64,000 nucleotides of DNA from a virus. Its lineage: Duplodnaviria > Heunggongvirae > Uroviricota > Caudoviricetes. Made by a program: the position numbers and the translations under genes. This document shows positions 32,809 through 43,054 of this stretch, piece by piece. The notes beneath the pieces were generated by a model, which was not told where the DNA came from, ran no database searches, and was given only the letters and a program-made list of their open reading frames with translations. Position 1 is the stretch's first letter, and every line of letters begins with the position of its first letter. The stretch lies in IMG/VR virus record IMGVR_UViG_3300043399_001190; one strand, written 5' to 3'.

Positions 32809-32994
32809 ATGGAAAATGAAAATATTAAAGCGGTAGTAGATCATGCATTTAATGATAATGCCGTAGAAATGCGTGATGCATTATACAATGCAATTAATGA
32901 TAAAGTTTTTGCGGCTATCGAAGCTAGAAAACAGGAAGTTGCAAGAAATTTAATTAATTCCTACGAAGAAGAACAAACAGAAACCGAAGAATGA
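32809..32994 (+). CDS. gp67: Prohead core protein
   Basis: Small acidic ORF directly after the portal; ATG at 32809 with SD ggag. Confidence 0.65.
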   Translation: MENENIKAVVDHAFNDNAVEMRDALYNAINDKVFAAIEARKQEVARNLINSYEEEQTETEE

Positions 32995-33704
32995 AAAGTC
33001 TAAAAGATTTTCTCCAGAAGGAACATATCAAAGAAGACGGATCACCAGATACAAATGGTGACGGCATCTTATCTCCTATGGAGTTGTATAATCATTTAGA
33101 CATACAAAAAAGAGGTTTTGTTGATTTGGGTGATTATGCCGCGCACGTAATGTTTCATGCACATCATCCAGAATATTTGGCAGATGTTGCCGAAAAATTT
33201 AATGATGTGCAAAGAAGACATGCAGCAGGTGAAAATGTTTGTCCAGATGATGCTTTGATGCAGAGATTCAAAAATAAAGGAACATTGGTTGCAACGGATC
33301 AACCAATGATGGAAGGCAAAACATCACAAACAAAAGAATTGGATCCTCCAGCAGTTTTGATTATGCGTAGAAAATCCGTTAGACAATTTCCAAATGGTCA
33401 AAGGGTTGCTCTTTATTATGTGGATAAAATCAATAAGTATGTAACTGTACCGTATGAAGACATGCAGTGGTCTTCTACAGAAGAAGAAACGGTATTTGAT
33501 AAATTAAAATTATCAATCAATGAAAATAAAAAAATTGTTGTTGAACACCTTGACGGTTCAACTTCAGAAGTAACACCACAAATAGCCACAAAAATGATGG
33601 ATCTTTATAAAAAAATTAATGAGGCTAATAAAGCAAAAATGAAAGATATGCTTGAAGCCAGTGCAAAACATTTTCAAGCTATATCTAAGTTTTCTAAGGA
33701 ATAA
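32991..33704 (+). CDS. Head-cluster protein with EF-hand-like segment
   Basis: Loop DTNGDGILSPME, plus a degenerate second loop DIQKRGFVDLGD. Confidence 0.6.
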   Translation: MKSLKDFLQKEHIKEDGSPDTNGDGILSPMELYNHLDIQKRGFVDLGDYAAHVMFHAHHPEYLADVAEKFNDVQRRHAAGENVCPDDALMQRFKNKGTLVATDQPMMEGKTSQTKELDPPAVLIMRRKSVRQFPNGQRVALYYVDKINKYVTVPYEDMQWSSTEEETVFDKLKLSINENKKIVVEHLDGSTSEVTPQIATKMMDLYKKINEANKAKMKDMLEASAKHFQAISKFSKE

Positions 33705-33706
33705 AA

Positions 33707-34249
33707 ATGGCAAACGTTTATTCATATCAAGTTCTTAAAGACGACACACAACATGCGGTTATCAAATTAACCGGAACTTTTGATGGTTCGGAACAAGAAG
33801 ATAATGTGCATCGTATTCAAGCAAACACATTGTACGGAGCGTTGGACGCAAATAATGTTCCTTTACGCACAGCTTTAAGTGTTAGTAACACTGCTTTACC
33901 GTATTATGGTTTGACAGTTAACCGACTGTGGTATGATACTGACACATCTTCAGGATCAGTTGAACTATATTGGGCAAATACTGCAAGTTCTACCGCAGAA
34001 GATGGTGTACCACTGTTTTTCATGCAAGGTAATGGTGAATTTGATGGTAATGGAAATTGGAATACAGTACAAAATCCTACAGTTACGGCAAACAATAATG
34101 GTGATATTGCAATTCATACCCGTGGTCAAGTTGCCAATGCTTCATATACAATCATTATTGAACTTCGCAAAGACAATAGATATTATCAGCGTGGTCAATT
34201 CAATGATCCTGCGGCATTTAACTTCCCACCTTACGGTCTAACACCATAA
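33707..34249 (+). CDS. Hypothetical virion protein
   Basis: SD aagga; located in the head cluster. Confidence 0.6.
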   Translation: MANVYSYQVLKDDTQHAVIKLTGTFDGSEQEDNVHRIQANTLYGALDANNVPLRTALSVSNTALPYYGLTVNRLWYDTDTSSGSVELYWANTASSTAEDGVPLFFMQGNGEFDGNGNWNTVQNPTVTANNNGDIAIHTRGQVANASYTIIIELRKDNRYYQRGQFNDPAAFNFPPYGLTP

Positions 34250-34665
34250 TGAGATTAGTTGATTGCATACTCTCTGGTAATTTGGAGGGAGCAAAGGAAT
34301 TAATTGAAAATAGATTGGAAGAAATTGCCAATCAAAAACTTGATGAGTTGAAAAAAGAAATAGCTAAAGAAGAATATGAAAACATGGGCATTGAGCTTGA
34401 TGAGGCTAATGTTCAAAAAATGGGAAGAACAAAACTCATACGAATTCGTGTAAGAAAAGGTAAAGTACAAAGAAGAACCAAATTATCAGCAGTACCTGGC
34501 TACACGATTCGTGGAGGTAGACTCGTTAGAATGTCTACACAAGAAAGAAGAAAAAGAAAACTTGGTGCAAGAAAAGCAAAAATAAAGAGAAGAGGTAAGT
34601 TATCTCAAATTCTCAGAAAACGTAGAATGTCACTGAGAAAAAGAAAGGCAATGGGGCTAAAATGA
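34249..34665 (+). CDS. gp68: Prohead core protein (basic C-terminus)
   Basis: Acidic N-terminus, very Arg/Lys-rich C-terminus, directly upstream of gp21. Confidence 0.7.
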   Translation: MRLVDCILSGNLEGAKELIENRLEEIANQKLDELKKEIAKEEYENMGIELDEANVQKMGRTKLIRIRVRKGKVQRRTKLSAVPGYTIRGGRLVRMSTQERRKRKLGARKAKIKRRGKLSQILRKRRMSLRKRKAMGLK

Positions 34666-35306
34666 AACTAATCAAAGAAATAACAGAAAGTGTTAGTTAC
34701 TTAACCGAAGATGCAGACGGTAAAAAAGTTCTTCATATTGAAGGACCTTTCCTTGTTGCCGAAAGAAAAAATAAAAACGGTCGTATCTACGAATACAATA
34801 CACTCAGAAAAGAGGTTCATAGATATACCGAAGATTATATCAATAAGAATCGAGCTTTTGGAGAATTAGGTCATCCAGATTCACCAACGATTAATCTTGA
34901 TCGTGTATCACACATGATTACAGGTTTACGTGAAGATGGTAACCAGTGGATTGGTAAAGCAAAGATTCTTGATACACCAATGGGTAACATTGCAAGAAAC
35001 CTTATCGAAGGTGGAGCACAATTAGGTGTCTCTTCTAGAGGTATGGGCTCACTTAAAATGGTCAACGGCGTCAACGTTGTTCAACCCGATTTTTATCTTG
35101 CCACAGCGGCAGATATTGTGGCCGATCCTTCAGCACCTGGAGCTTTTGTTCAAGGTATTATGGAAGGCAAAGAATGGATGTTAGTAGACGGTAAGTGGAC
35201 CGAAGTTCATCTTGAAGAAGCAGTACAACAAGTTCGTAAAGCTTCGAAAAAAGAAATAGAACAAGTAAGTTTACAAATTTTCGAAAACTTCCTTAAAAAA
35301 TTATAA
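34662..35306 (+). CDS. gp21: Prohead protease
   Basis: N.N.R.Y, GELGHP, DRVSH.I, GVSSRG.GS, D.V.DPSAP.A. Confidence 0.97.
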   Translation: MKLIKEITESVSYLTEDADGKKVLHIEGPFLVAERKNKNGRIYEYNTLRKEVHRYTEDYINKNRAFGELGHPDSPTINLDRVSHMITGLREDGNQWIGKAKILDTPMGNIARNLIEGGAQLGVSSRGMGSLKMVNGVNVVQPDFYLATAADIVADPSAPGAFVQGIMEGKEWMLVDGKWTEVHLEEAVQQVRKASKKEIEQVSLQIFENFLKKL

Positions 35307-35309
35307 TAT

Positions 35310-35317
35310 TATAAATA
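35310..35317 (+). promoter_or_regulatory. T4 late promoter TATAAATA
   Basis: Exact consensus upstream of gp22/gp23. Confidence 0.75.
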
Positions 35318-35346
35318 TCCACATACGAAAACTAGGAGAGTTTTAA

Positions 35347-36546
35347 ATGGTTAAAAAATTTAATTTATCTGAAGCTGCCGCTGAAATTTTAAATGCAAGT
35401 GTAGCTTCCGCAAAATCGAAACAAGATAAGCCTGCCAAATTAGCTGGCAATGTTGCTTATGGAACAAAAGAAGTTGGTGATATTGGTACTGAAGTTACCA
35501 AAACAACCGACGGTGGTCCTGACGCAACAAAAGGTGTACCAACAGCAACTGCTCCTGGTGCAACACCTCCAGTTGGTTCAGAGCCAATGAAGAAACTGAA
35601 AGGTCAGCCAGCAGAATCTGGTTCTGCTGAACAGCCAGAAGGTAAACCAGGTCGTCAAATGATGCAAAAGAATCCTGGCGCTACATTCCAGCAATACGAA
35701 GAAGAAGATCGTACAGACGAAGAATTGGTTGCTGAAGCTGAAGAAAAAGAAGACGAAGGTCACGAAGACGAAGCTGAAGACAAGAAAATGATTAAGAAAA
35801 TGGTCAAGAAAGATTCTCTGAAAGAAGATATTGATGCCATGTTGCAAGGCGAAAACCTTTCGGAAGAATTCGTTAAGAAAGCTACCACAATTTTCGAAGC
35901 GGCAGTAATGTCTCGCGTTGAACAAATTGCCGAAGAAGTTGAACAACAACTACAAGAACAATTCGAATTGGCTGTAGAAGAGTTGAAAGAAGACTTCGCC
36001 ACAAAGATTGATGACTACCTGAATTACATGGTAGAAGAGTGGATGAAAGAAAACGAATTGGCTATCGAATCAGGTCTTCGTGCAGAAATCGTTGAAGACT
36101 TCATTGGTGGTCTACGTAACTTGTTCGCAGAACACTACATCGACATTCCAGAAGAGAAGGTTGACGTTGTTCAAGAAATGGCAGAAAAAGTTGAAGAACT
36201 TGAAGCCAAGCTAAACGAAGAAATTCAAAAGAGCGTTGATTATCGCAAAGAAATCAATGAGCACAAAAAAATTCAGGCCATACAAGCAGTTTGTGAAGGC
36301 CTAACGCAGACTCAGGTAGAAAAACTTAAGTCACTCGCAGAGGGTGTAGAGTTTACTTCTGAGGAAGAATTCGCTGAAAAACTTTCCACACTAAAAGAAG
36401 CATATGCTCCTGTGTCGGTTAAGGTTGGCGAAAAATCTGCCCTAGAAGAAGGCGTTGAAGTACCGGAAGATAAAGCAGAAAAGGTTTCTGTTGATCCTCT
36501 GATTAACGCTGTTGTTAATACAATTTCAAAATCTGTGCAAAAATAA
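35347..36546 (+). CDS. gp22: Prohead scaffold protein
   Basis: F..KA.TIFEAAV, YLNY.V.EW..EN..A, F..L..LF.EHYI. Confidence 0.93.
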   Translation: MVKKFNLSEAAAEILNASVASAKSKQDKPAKLAGNVAYGTKEVGDIGTEVTKTTDGGPDATKGVPTATAPGATPPVGSEPMKKLKGQPAESGSAEQPEGKPGRQMMQKNPGATFQQYEEEDRTDEELVAEAEEKEDEGHEDEAEDKKMIKKMVKKDSLKEDIDAMLQGENLSEEFVKKATTIFEAAVMSRVEQIAEEVEQQLQEQFELAVEELKEDFATKIDDYLNYMVEEWMKENELAIESGLRAEIVEDFIGGLRNLFAEHYIDIPEEKVDVVQEMAEKVEELEAKLNEEIQKSVDYRKEINEHKKIQAIQAVCEGLTQTQVEKLKSLAEGVEFTSEEEFAEKLSTLKEAYAPVSVKVGEKSALEEGVEVPEDKAEKVSVDPLINAVVNTISKSVQK

Positions 36547-36577
36547 GCACATAATTTAAAACATAGGAGTTACTTAA

Positions 36578-37927
36578 ATGTTTTTATCTGAAGAACTACA
36601 AGCAAAATGGAAACCAGTTCTGGAACATCCTGAACTAGAAGCAATTAAAGATCCATATAAGAAAGCTGTTACAGCTATGGTTCTTGAGAACCAATCTCAA
36701 GCAATGGCATCTGACCGCGCTCAAATGGGTATGTTGAATGAGACCACTTCTGTTGGTCCATCTAACGTTACCGGTGGCGTTCAGAACTTCGATCCAATCT
36801 TAATCAGCTTGGTTCGCCGTGCATTGCCTAACCTGATCGCTTATGACGTTGCTGGCGTTCAGCCAATGACAGGTCCTACAGGTCTTATTTTCGCTATGCG
36901 CGCAAAATATGGTCAAGATCAGTTGGCTAGCGGTAGAGAAGCTTTCTACAACGAAGCTAACACCCAGTTCTCTGGTATTGGTTCTGACACCAACCGTTTC
37001 GGTTTCGCTAACAACACCACTGGTGACACAATCACCAACCCAGTTGGCAATGGTTTCACTTCTGCTAACACATTCACAACCGGTATCGGCATGCCAACAG
37101 GTACTGCTGAATTCTTGGGTTCTGAAGCAAATACACAATTCGGTCAAATGGCATTCAGCATTGAGAAGGTTACTGTTACCGCTCAAAGCCGTGCATTGAA
37201 AGCTGAATACTCACTAGAACTTGCACAAGACTTGAAAGCAATCCATGGTCTTGATGCTGAAACAGAATTGTCTAACATTCTGTCTACTGAGATTCTTGCT
37301 GAAATCAACCGTGAAGTTATCCGTACAATCTACACTGTTGCTAAGAACGGTGCTCAGTATGGTACAACAACTCCAGGTACATTCGACCTAGACACCGACT
37401 CTAACGGTCGTTGGTCTGTTGAGCGTTTCAAAGGTCTGATTTTCCAAATCGAACGCGATGCTAACGTTATTGCTAAAGAAACCCGTCGTGGTAAAGGTAA
37501 CGTTCTGATCGTTTCTTCAGACGTTGCTTCTGCTCTAGCTATGGCTGGCGTTCTGCAATATACTCCTGCTCTGTCTGCTGACCTACAAGTCGATGACACT
37601 GGTAACACCTTTGCAGGTCTGTTGCATGGTCGTATCAAGGTTTACATCGATCCTTACTTCGGTGGCTACACTTCTAACCAAGAATTGGTAACAATCGGTT
37701 ACAAGGGTTCTTCACCATACGATGCAGGTCTGTTCTACTGCCCATACGTTCCTCTACAAATGGTTCGTGCAGTTGACCAGTACACCTTCCAACCAAAGAT
37801 TGGCTTCAAGACTCGTTACGGCATGGTTGCAAACCCATTTGCTGGCGGTCAGAACGTTGATCTGGGTCAGTTGTACTCTAAGCGCAACACCTACTATCGT
37901 ATCTTCCGCGTTGCAAACCTAATGTAA
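36578..37927 (+). CDS. gp23: Major capsid protein
   Basis: LVRRA.PNLIAYD..GVQPM.GPTG, SR.LKA.YS.ELAQDL.A.HGLDA, FQPKIGFKTRYG. Confidence 0.99.
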   Translation: MFLSEELQAKWKPVLEHPELEAIKDPYKKAVTAMVLENQSQAMASDRAQMGMLNETTSVGPSNVTGGVQNFDPILISLVRRALPNLIAYDVAGVQPMTGPTGLIFAMRAKYGQDQLASGREAFYNEANTQFSGIGSDTNRFGFANNTTGDTITNPVGNGFTSANTFTTGIGMPTGTAEFLGSEANTQFGQMAFSIEKVTVTAQSRALKAEYSLELAQDLKAIHGLDAETELSNILSTEILAEINREVIRTIYTVAKNGAQYGTTTPGTFDLDTDSNGRWSVERFKGLIFQIERDANVIAKETRRGKGNVLIVSSDVASALAMAGVLQYTPALSADLQVDDTGNTFAGLLHGRIKVYIDPYFGGYTSNQELVTIGYKGSSPYDAGLFYCPYVPLQMVRAVDQYTFQPKIGFKTRYGMVANPFAGGQNVDLGQLYSKRNTYYRIFRVANLM

Positions 37928-37970
37928 TGCGAATTACGAAATAAAACCACCGTTAAGAGTGGTCTTTGAA

Positions 37971-37997
37971 GAGGAGCAGAAATGCTCCTCTTTTTTT
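37971..37997 (+). terminator. Intrinsic terminator after gp23
   Basis: GAGGAGCA-GAAA-TGCTCCTC followed by T7. Confidence 0.9.
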
Positions 37998-38027
37998 ATT
38001 CCTAAATAATAAAATAAGGAGATACAT

Positions 38028-38519
38028 ATGTCAGGCGGCGCATCAAATAAACCAGAGAATACCAATTTATTACAGCCAACCAAATTTCTGATGACTTTTC
38101 CAGAAATTACGGACACAACTTACTTTTGTCAAAAAGTAAATATTCCTGGTGTTGAATTGGATTCACCCATACATGTGACACCAAATCTAGACCTTTATGT
38201 TTCTGGTACAAAAATTACCTACAACACTTTTGATATGGATTTTATGGTAAATGAAGACATTTCTTCTTGGTTGGTACTCTATAAGTGGATGGTAGATTTA
38301 TCGTCTGTTGAAAACTCATACAACATGAGAAAAAATAAACAGAGTACATTGACCATTATGTCTAACCTAAACAATCCAAAATTGCGTGTCAATTTCATCA
38401 ACATTTTTCCGGTAAGTATCAGTGGTATTAATTTTGATACCACATTATCCGCTGAAGATCATATTATAGGTACCGCATCTTTCCGCTACGATTACTTTAC
38501 AATTGAAAAGATTTCGTGA
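38028..38519 (+). CDS. gp3: Tail completion/tube terminator protein
   Basis: N.LQPT.F...F..., FCQ.VNIPG, F.V.ED...W, F.Y..F; T4-like synteny. Confidence 0.8.
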   Translation: MSGGASNKPENTNLLQPTKFLMTFPEITDTTYFCQKVNIPGVELDSPIHVTPNLDLYVSGTKITYNTFDMDFMVNEDISSWLVLYKWMVDLSSVENSYNMRKNKQSTLTIMSNLNNPKLRVNFINIFPVSISGINFDTTLSAEDHIIGTASFRYDYFTIEKIS

Positions 38520-38547
38520 TATAATATAGTTTTGTAATGGAGTTGTT

Positions 38548-38988
38548 ATGGAAAGTCTTGAAGATATTATTAAAAATTGGGACGTAGATAGCGTTATAGA
38601 TTCTACTGAACCAGGTAAAGAATTGTTAAAAATACCCACACTACATAATAAGTATTTAAAATTTCTTGTTAAGCACAAGCTTGCTGTAAAAAGAATAAAC
38701 TTCGACTATGCAAAAATGCGTAGAGTAAAAGAAGAATATTATAACGGTTCGCTATCTCAGGAAGAACTTGAAGAATACGGCTGGGAACCATTTTTGCTGA
38801 GCATTAAAACAAAAATGGGTGTCGAAAAATACCTAGAGTCGGATAAAGATTTGGTTAAAATTTTGGAAAAAAAGATTCACCATGACGAAGCAATTGCTGT
38901 GTGTGAATCGATTCTACAAGAATTAAAAAGTAGAACGTTCCAACTCAGAGACTATATTTATTGGGAACGATTCATAGGTGGAAACTAA
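38548..38988 (+). CDS. uvsY: Recombination mediator
   Basis: IP.LH.KYL, K..YY.G, Y...D.D, R.FQ. Confidence 0.9.
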   Translation: MESLEDIIKNWDVDSVIDSTEPGKELLKIPTLHNKYLKFLVKHKLAVKRINFDYAKMRRVKEEYYNGSLSQEELEEYGWEPFLLSIKTKMGVEKYLESDKDLVKILEKKIHHDEAIAVCESILQELKSRTFQLRDYIYWERFIGGN

Positions 38989-39000
38989 TTATGTCCACAA

Positions 39001-40512
39001 ATGAGCGACTTTCTTATTACGAAAAAAAATGATGTTTATGTTAAAATAAAATGTGAACGAGGCTTAGCTCAAGAGCTTTCCGAATACTTCACATTTTTTG
39101 TACCTGGATTTCAATTCACACCAGCGTATCGTAATAAAATCTGGGATGGCCGTATTAGATTGTATGATTTGCGTAGTAATCTTATATACCATGGACTTTT
39201 ACCTTACATTGAAGTCTTCTGTAAAGAACGCGACTACAGTTTTGAATATGGTGATCCAAGACCAGATTTAACCGACGATTACTCTGAATATCATGCCGAC
39301 AAGTTCATCGGTGAACTAAATTTGCAGTCTAGAGGAGACGCAATAGAAGTTCGTGATTATCAAAAAAATGCGTTTGTAACAGGAATCAGAAACAGGCGAG
39401 GTTTGTTTTTGTCACCAACTGCATCAGGTAAATCTTTAATCATTTATTTGTTTGTACGTCAAATGTTGATGTATAAAAATTGCAAAAAAGGATTAATTAT
39501 AGTACCTACAACTTCTTTGGTTGAACAATTATACAACGACTTCAAAGATTATTCAAGTGCTAATGGTTTCGAAGTTTCAGAAAACGTACATAGAATTTAT
39601 CAAGGAAAAGATAAAGTTTCTGAAAGTCCAGTAATTATTTCAACTTGGCAATCAATCTACAACTTACCTAAGGAATACTTTGAACAATTTGATTTTGTGA
39701 TAGGAGATGAAGCACACTTATTCAAGGCTCAATCTCTTACCAAAATTTTAACTCAATGTGTCAACACAAAGTATCGTTTCGGTTTAACTGGTACACTTGA
39801 TGGTACGAAAACACACAAGCTTGTTTTAGAAGGTCTTTTTGGTTCGGTAACAAAAGTGACCACAACCAAAGAATTGATGGACAATAAACAAGTGGCAGAT
39901 TTCACAATCAAATGTTTGATTCTTAAACATGATGAAGAAATCTGTAAATTGATGAAGTCCAAAACCTATCAGGAAGAAATAGAATATTTAATACTAAATG
40001 AATCAAGGAATAAATTCATTAAAAATCTTGCGGTATCTTTGAAAGGAAATACATTAATATTGTATCAGTATGTTGACAAACATGGCAAGATCCTGTATGA
40101 TATTATTTCCAATACCAAGAATATTGGTGAAAGGAAAGTCTTCTTTGTATACGGCAATACAGATGCTGAAACAAGAGAAGATGTGAGAAGAATTACCGAA
40201 AAAGAAAATGATGCAATCATTGTAGCAAGTTACGGAACATTCTCAACAGGAATTAACATAAGAAACTTACACAATGTAATATTTGCTTCACCTACAAAAT
40301 CTAAGATTCGTAATCTTCAATCTATTGGGCGTGGTTTAAGGCTTGGTGACAACAAAACAAAAGCAGTATTGTACGATATAGCCGATGATTTGAGATGCGG
40401 CAAGCACATGAACTTCACATTGAAACATTTCGTGGAGAGAACAAAGATATATAATGAAGAGAAGTTCTCTTACAAACTCTACAAGATAGGATTAAAAAAT
40501 GCAAATGGTTAA
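39001..40512 (+). CDS. uvsW: SF2 DNA helicase
   Basis: SPTASGKS, DEAH, GLTGT, GTFSTGINI, QSIGRGLR. Confidence 0.97.
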   Translation: MSDFLITKKNDVYVKIKCERGLAQELSEYFTFFVPGFQFTPAYRNKIWDGRIRLYDLRSNLIYHGLLPYIEVFCKERDYSFEYGDPRPDLTDDYSEYHADKFIGELNLQSRGDAIEVRDYQKNAFVTGIRNRRGLFLSPTASGKSLIIYLFVRQMLMYKNCKKGLIIVPTTSLVEQLYNDFKDYSSANGFEVSENVHRIYQGKDKVSESPVIISTWQSIYNLPKEYFEQFDFVIGDEAHLFKAQSLTKILTQCVNTKYRFGLTGTLDGTKTHKLVLEGLFGSVTKVTTTKELMDNKQVADFTIKCLILKHDEEICKLMKSKTYQEEIEYLILNESRNKFIKNLAVSLKGNTLILYQYVDKHGKILYDIISNTKNIGERKVFFVYGNTDAETREDVRRITEKENDAIIVASYGTFSTGINIRNLHNVIFASPTKSKIRNLQSIGRGLRLGDNKTKAVLYDIADDLRCGKHMNFTLKHFVERTKIYNEEKFSYKLYKIGLKNANG

Positions 40513-40885
40513 AATTCTTAGATTGGTAACAGGAGAAGATATCATTTGTCATATGGAACAGTTGCGTGATGAAATCATCGTCAAAGCTCCAATGGAAATT
40601 TTCTTGAAAATTGATCCTAGAACAGGAAATGAAATTTTAAATTTGAATGATTGGCTTCCTCAGTCTATTTTAGCTAAAAATGAAACTGTTCTCTTTGAGA
40701 AGGATATACTTTGTGTTATGGAACCTAGTGATGGTGTGATCGAATACTTCACTAATTCAATCCTTAAAAAGGACAATCATTTGGTAAATTCAGAAACTGA
40801 AGTAAATCAGGAAGAATTGAAAGCTGAATTAATGAAGAGATTTCTTCAAGGTATGGATGTTAAGGAATTTGGTTCCATCCAATAA
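40499..40885 (+). CDS. Conserved T4-like hypothetical protein (Sm-like)
   Basis: K...L.TGEDII...W.P pattern; usual position between uvsW and gp55. Confidence 0.65.
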   Translation: MQMVKILRLVTGEDIICHMEQLRDEIIVKAPMEIFLKIDPRTGNEILNLNDWLPQSILAKNETVLFEKDILCVMEPSDGVIEYFTNSILKKDNHLVNSETEVNQEELKAELMKRFLQGMDVKEFGSIQ

Positions 40886-40970
40886 TTAATATCTAATGGA
40901 TAACTTAATTAACTTGCAGAGGCTACATACTGGACTATACAGACTTGTCAAGTGAAAATCAATACATAGA

Positions 40971-41516
40971 ATGGTAAATATGACAACAAACACCAAAAAA
41001 CACTACATTAACAATGCCGATTTTTGCAAAGCACTCATTGAGTACAAAGAATCGGTAGAAAAAGCGAAATTGGAACACACAGAAAAACCGAGAATTCCAA
41101 ACTACATCGGTGAATGTTTCCTCAAAATTGCAGAAGGGCTATCTCATAAACCAAACTTCATTAACTATACATATCGGGATGAAATGATTGCCGATGGTGT
41201 GGAAAATTGTTTGATGTACTTTGAGAATTTTGATCCAACGAAATCAAACAATGCTTTTGCGTATTTTACACAAATCATTTACTATGCTTTTCTACGGAGA
41301 ATTCAAAAAGAAAAGAAACAAATGTACGTAAAATATAAATCCACAGAACAATTTGGTATTTTAGATGAGGGTGATCTTATGGGATTTGATGATGTGGCAA
41401 TCAAACCGTTCGAACTGTATGATAACATTTCGGAATTCATTGAAACTTTTGAGGAAAACAAAAAGAAAAAGAAAGCGGCTAAGAAGTCCAAAGGACTTGA
41501 AAACTTTTTGGAGTGA
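40971..41516 (+). CDS. gp55: Late-transcription sigma factor
   Basis: HYINN..F, IG.C...IA..LS..PNF..Y.Y..EMI.D..E.C, NAFAYFTQI. Confidence 0.96.
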   Translation: MVNMTTNTKKHYINNADFCKALIEYKESVEKAKLEHTEKPRIPNYIGECFLKIAEGLSHKPNFINYTYRDEMIADGVENCLMYFENFDPTKSNNAFAYFTQIIYYAFLRRIQKEKKQMYVKYKSTEQFGILDEGDLMGFDDVAIKPFELYDNISEFIETFEENKKKKKAAKKSKGLENFLE

Positions 41517-41518
41517 TT

Positions 41519-41962
41519 ATGAAATTCATTAAGACCGGATTTACTTGTTCATGTTTTGACTTATTTCATGCTGGGCATGTAATGATGTTGAAAGAGGCAA
41601 AACAACAATGTGATTATTTAATCGTTGGATTACAAACTGATCCCACAATAGATAGAGTGTGGAAAAATAAACCCGTACAAACGGTATTTGAACGTTTCAT
41701 TCAGCTTCAAGCTTGTAAATATGTGGACGAAATTGTGCCGTATGCAACGGAAAAAGAGTTGTTGGATATCTTGACTTCTTATCCTATTGATGTTAGAATC
41801 ATAGGAGAAGAATATCGTGATAAACAATTTACTGGTTCCAATTTAAATATGGAAATTTATTTCAATAGCAGACAACATAGCTTTTCTACTACCGAATTAA
41901 GAAAGCGTGTTCTCGATGCACAAAACAAATCGGTAAATAATATTGGCGATCTGAAAGAATAA
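41519..41962 (+). CDS. Glycerol-3-phosphate-cytidylyltransferase-like protein
   Basis: FDLFHAGH, VGL.TD, ER...L....YVDE, R.H.FSTT. Confidence 0.85.
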   Translation: MKFIKTGFTCSCFDLFHAGHVMMLKEAKQQCDYLIVGLQTDPTIDRVWKNKPVQTVFERFIQLQACKYVDEIVPYATEKELLDILTSYPIDVRIIGEEYRDKQFTGSNLNMEIYFNSRQHSFSTTELRKRVLDAQNKSVNNIGDLKE

Positions 41963-41992
41963 TATTAACACTTTTGAAAAGGAAGTGACTGA

Positions 41993-43054
41993 ATGAAGGT
42001 TGCTATCATTACGGACCAACATTTTGGTGCGAGAAATGATTCATTGCATTTTATGGATTTTTATGAAAAATTTTACAATGAAACATTTTTTCCCAAAATT
42101 TTAGAAGAGAAAATTGAAACGGTATTAATACTCGGTGATACTTTTGACCGAAGAAAATACGTGAACTTCTATTCATTGCAACGTGCAAAGAAGATGTTTT
42201 TTGATCCATTGGCTCAAAACAACATCAAAGTACACATGCTTGTTGGTAATCATGACACATATTATAAAAATACCAATGAAGTGAATTCACCCGAGTTACT
42301 TCTGGAAGATTATAAAAACATCAATGTAATTTCGGAAGCAAGTGAATTGTTGATTGGTGGTAAATATAAAATTGCCATGATGCCTTGGATTTGTGCTGAG
42401 AATTATGAACACTCAATGCAATTGTTGAATGAAACTACATCACCAGTATGTATGGGTCACTTTGAGATTGAGGGCTTCCAGATGTACCGTGGTGCTCCCT
42501 CACATGAAGGTTTGAAAGCATCATTGTTTGATAAATTTCATATGGTGTTTTCTGGTCATTATCATCACAAGTCAAGCAAAGGTTCTATTCACTATCTTGG
42601 TAATCCATATGAATTGACTTGGCAGGATCATGATGATCCTCGAGGTTTTCATTTGTTTGATTTGGAAAGCCATGAGTTAACCTTTGTACGTAATCCAAAT
42701 ACCATCTTCAAGAAGTTTATCTACGACGACAAACAAGCTTCAATAAAAGACTACACGGATATGGATTTGTCACAGTATAAAAATTCATATGTCAAAGTGG
42801 TTGTGGTGAACAAAACTAATCCATATTTGTTTGATATGGTAATCAACAATCTATACCAAATTAATCCAATTGATATTTCTGTTGCTGAAGATTTGGTTGA
42901 ACTTGAAGATGTGGAAGATGTGGATCAGACCGAAGATACCACAACTATTTTGAACAAATATGTGGACAACTTGACAACTGATTTAAATAAAGATAAACTA
43001 AAGACTTTGCTTAGAGAATTGTATGTTGATGCATTGAATGGAGAAAATGAATGA
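41993..43054 (+). CDS. gp47: Recombination endonuclease subunit (Mre11/SbcD-like)
   Basis: TDQHFG, LGD.FD.R, GNHD, GHFE, SGHYH. Confidence 0.96.
   Translation: MKVAIITDQHFGARNDSLHFMDFYEKFYNETFFPKILEEKIETVLILGDTFDRRKYVNFYSLQRAKKMFFDPLAQNNIKVHMLVGNHDTYYKNTNEVNSPELLLEDYKNINVISEASELLIGGKYKIAMMPWICAENYEHSMQLLNETTSPVCMGHFEIEGFQMYRGAPSHEGLKASLFDKFHMVFSGHYHHKSSKGSIHYLGNPYELTWQDHDDPRGFHLFDLESHELTFVRNPNTIFKKFIYDDKQASIKDYTDMDLSQYKNSYVKVVVVNKTNPYLFDMVINNLYQINPIDISVAEDLVELEDVEDVDQTEDTTTILNKYVDNLTTDLNKDKLKTLLRELYVDALNGENE

Noticed and set aside
27020-43054. Introns or inteins in terminase, uvsW, gp47 or other core genes
   Set aside because: The ORFs are continuous, of ordinary length, and show no intein motifs.
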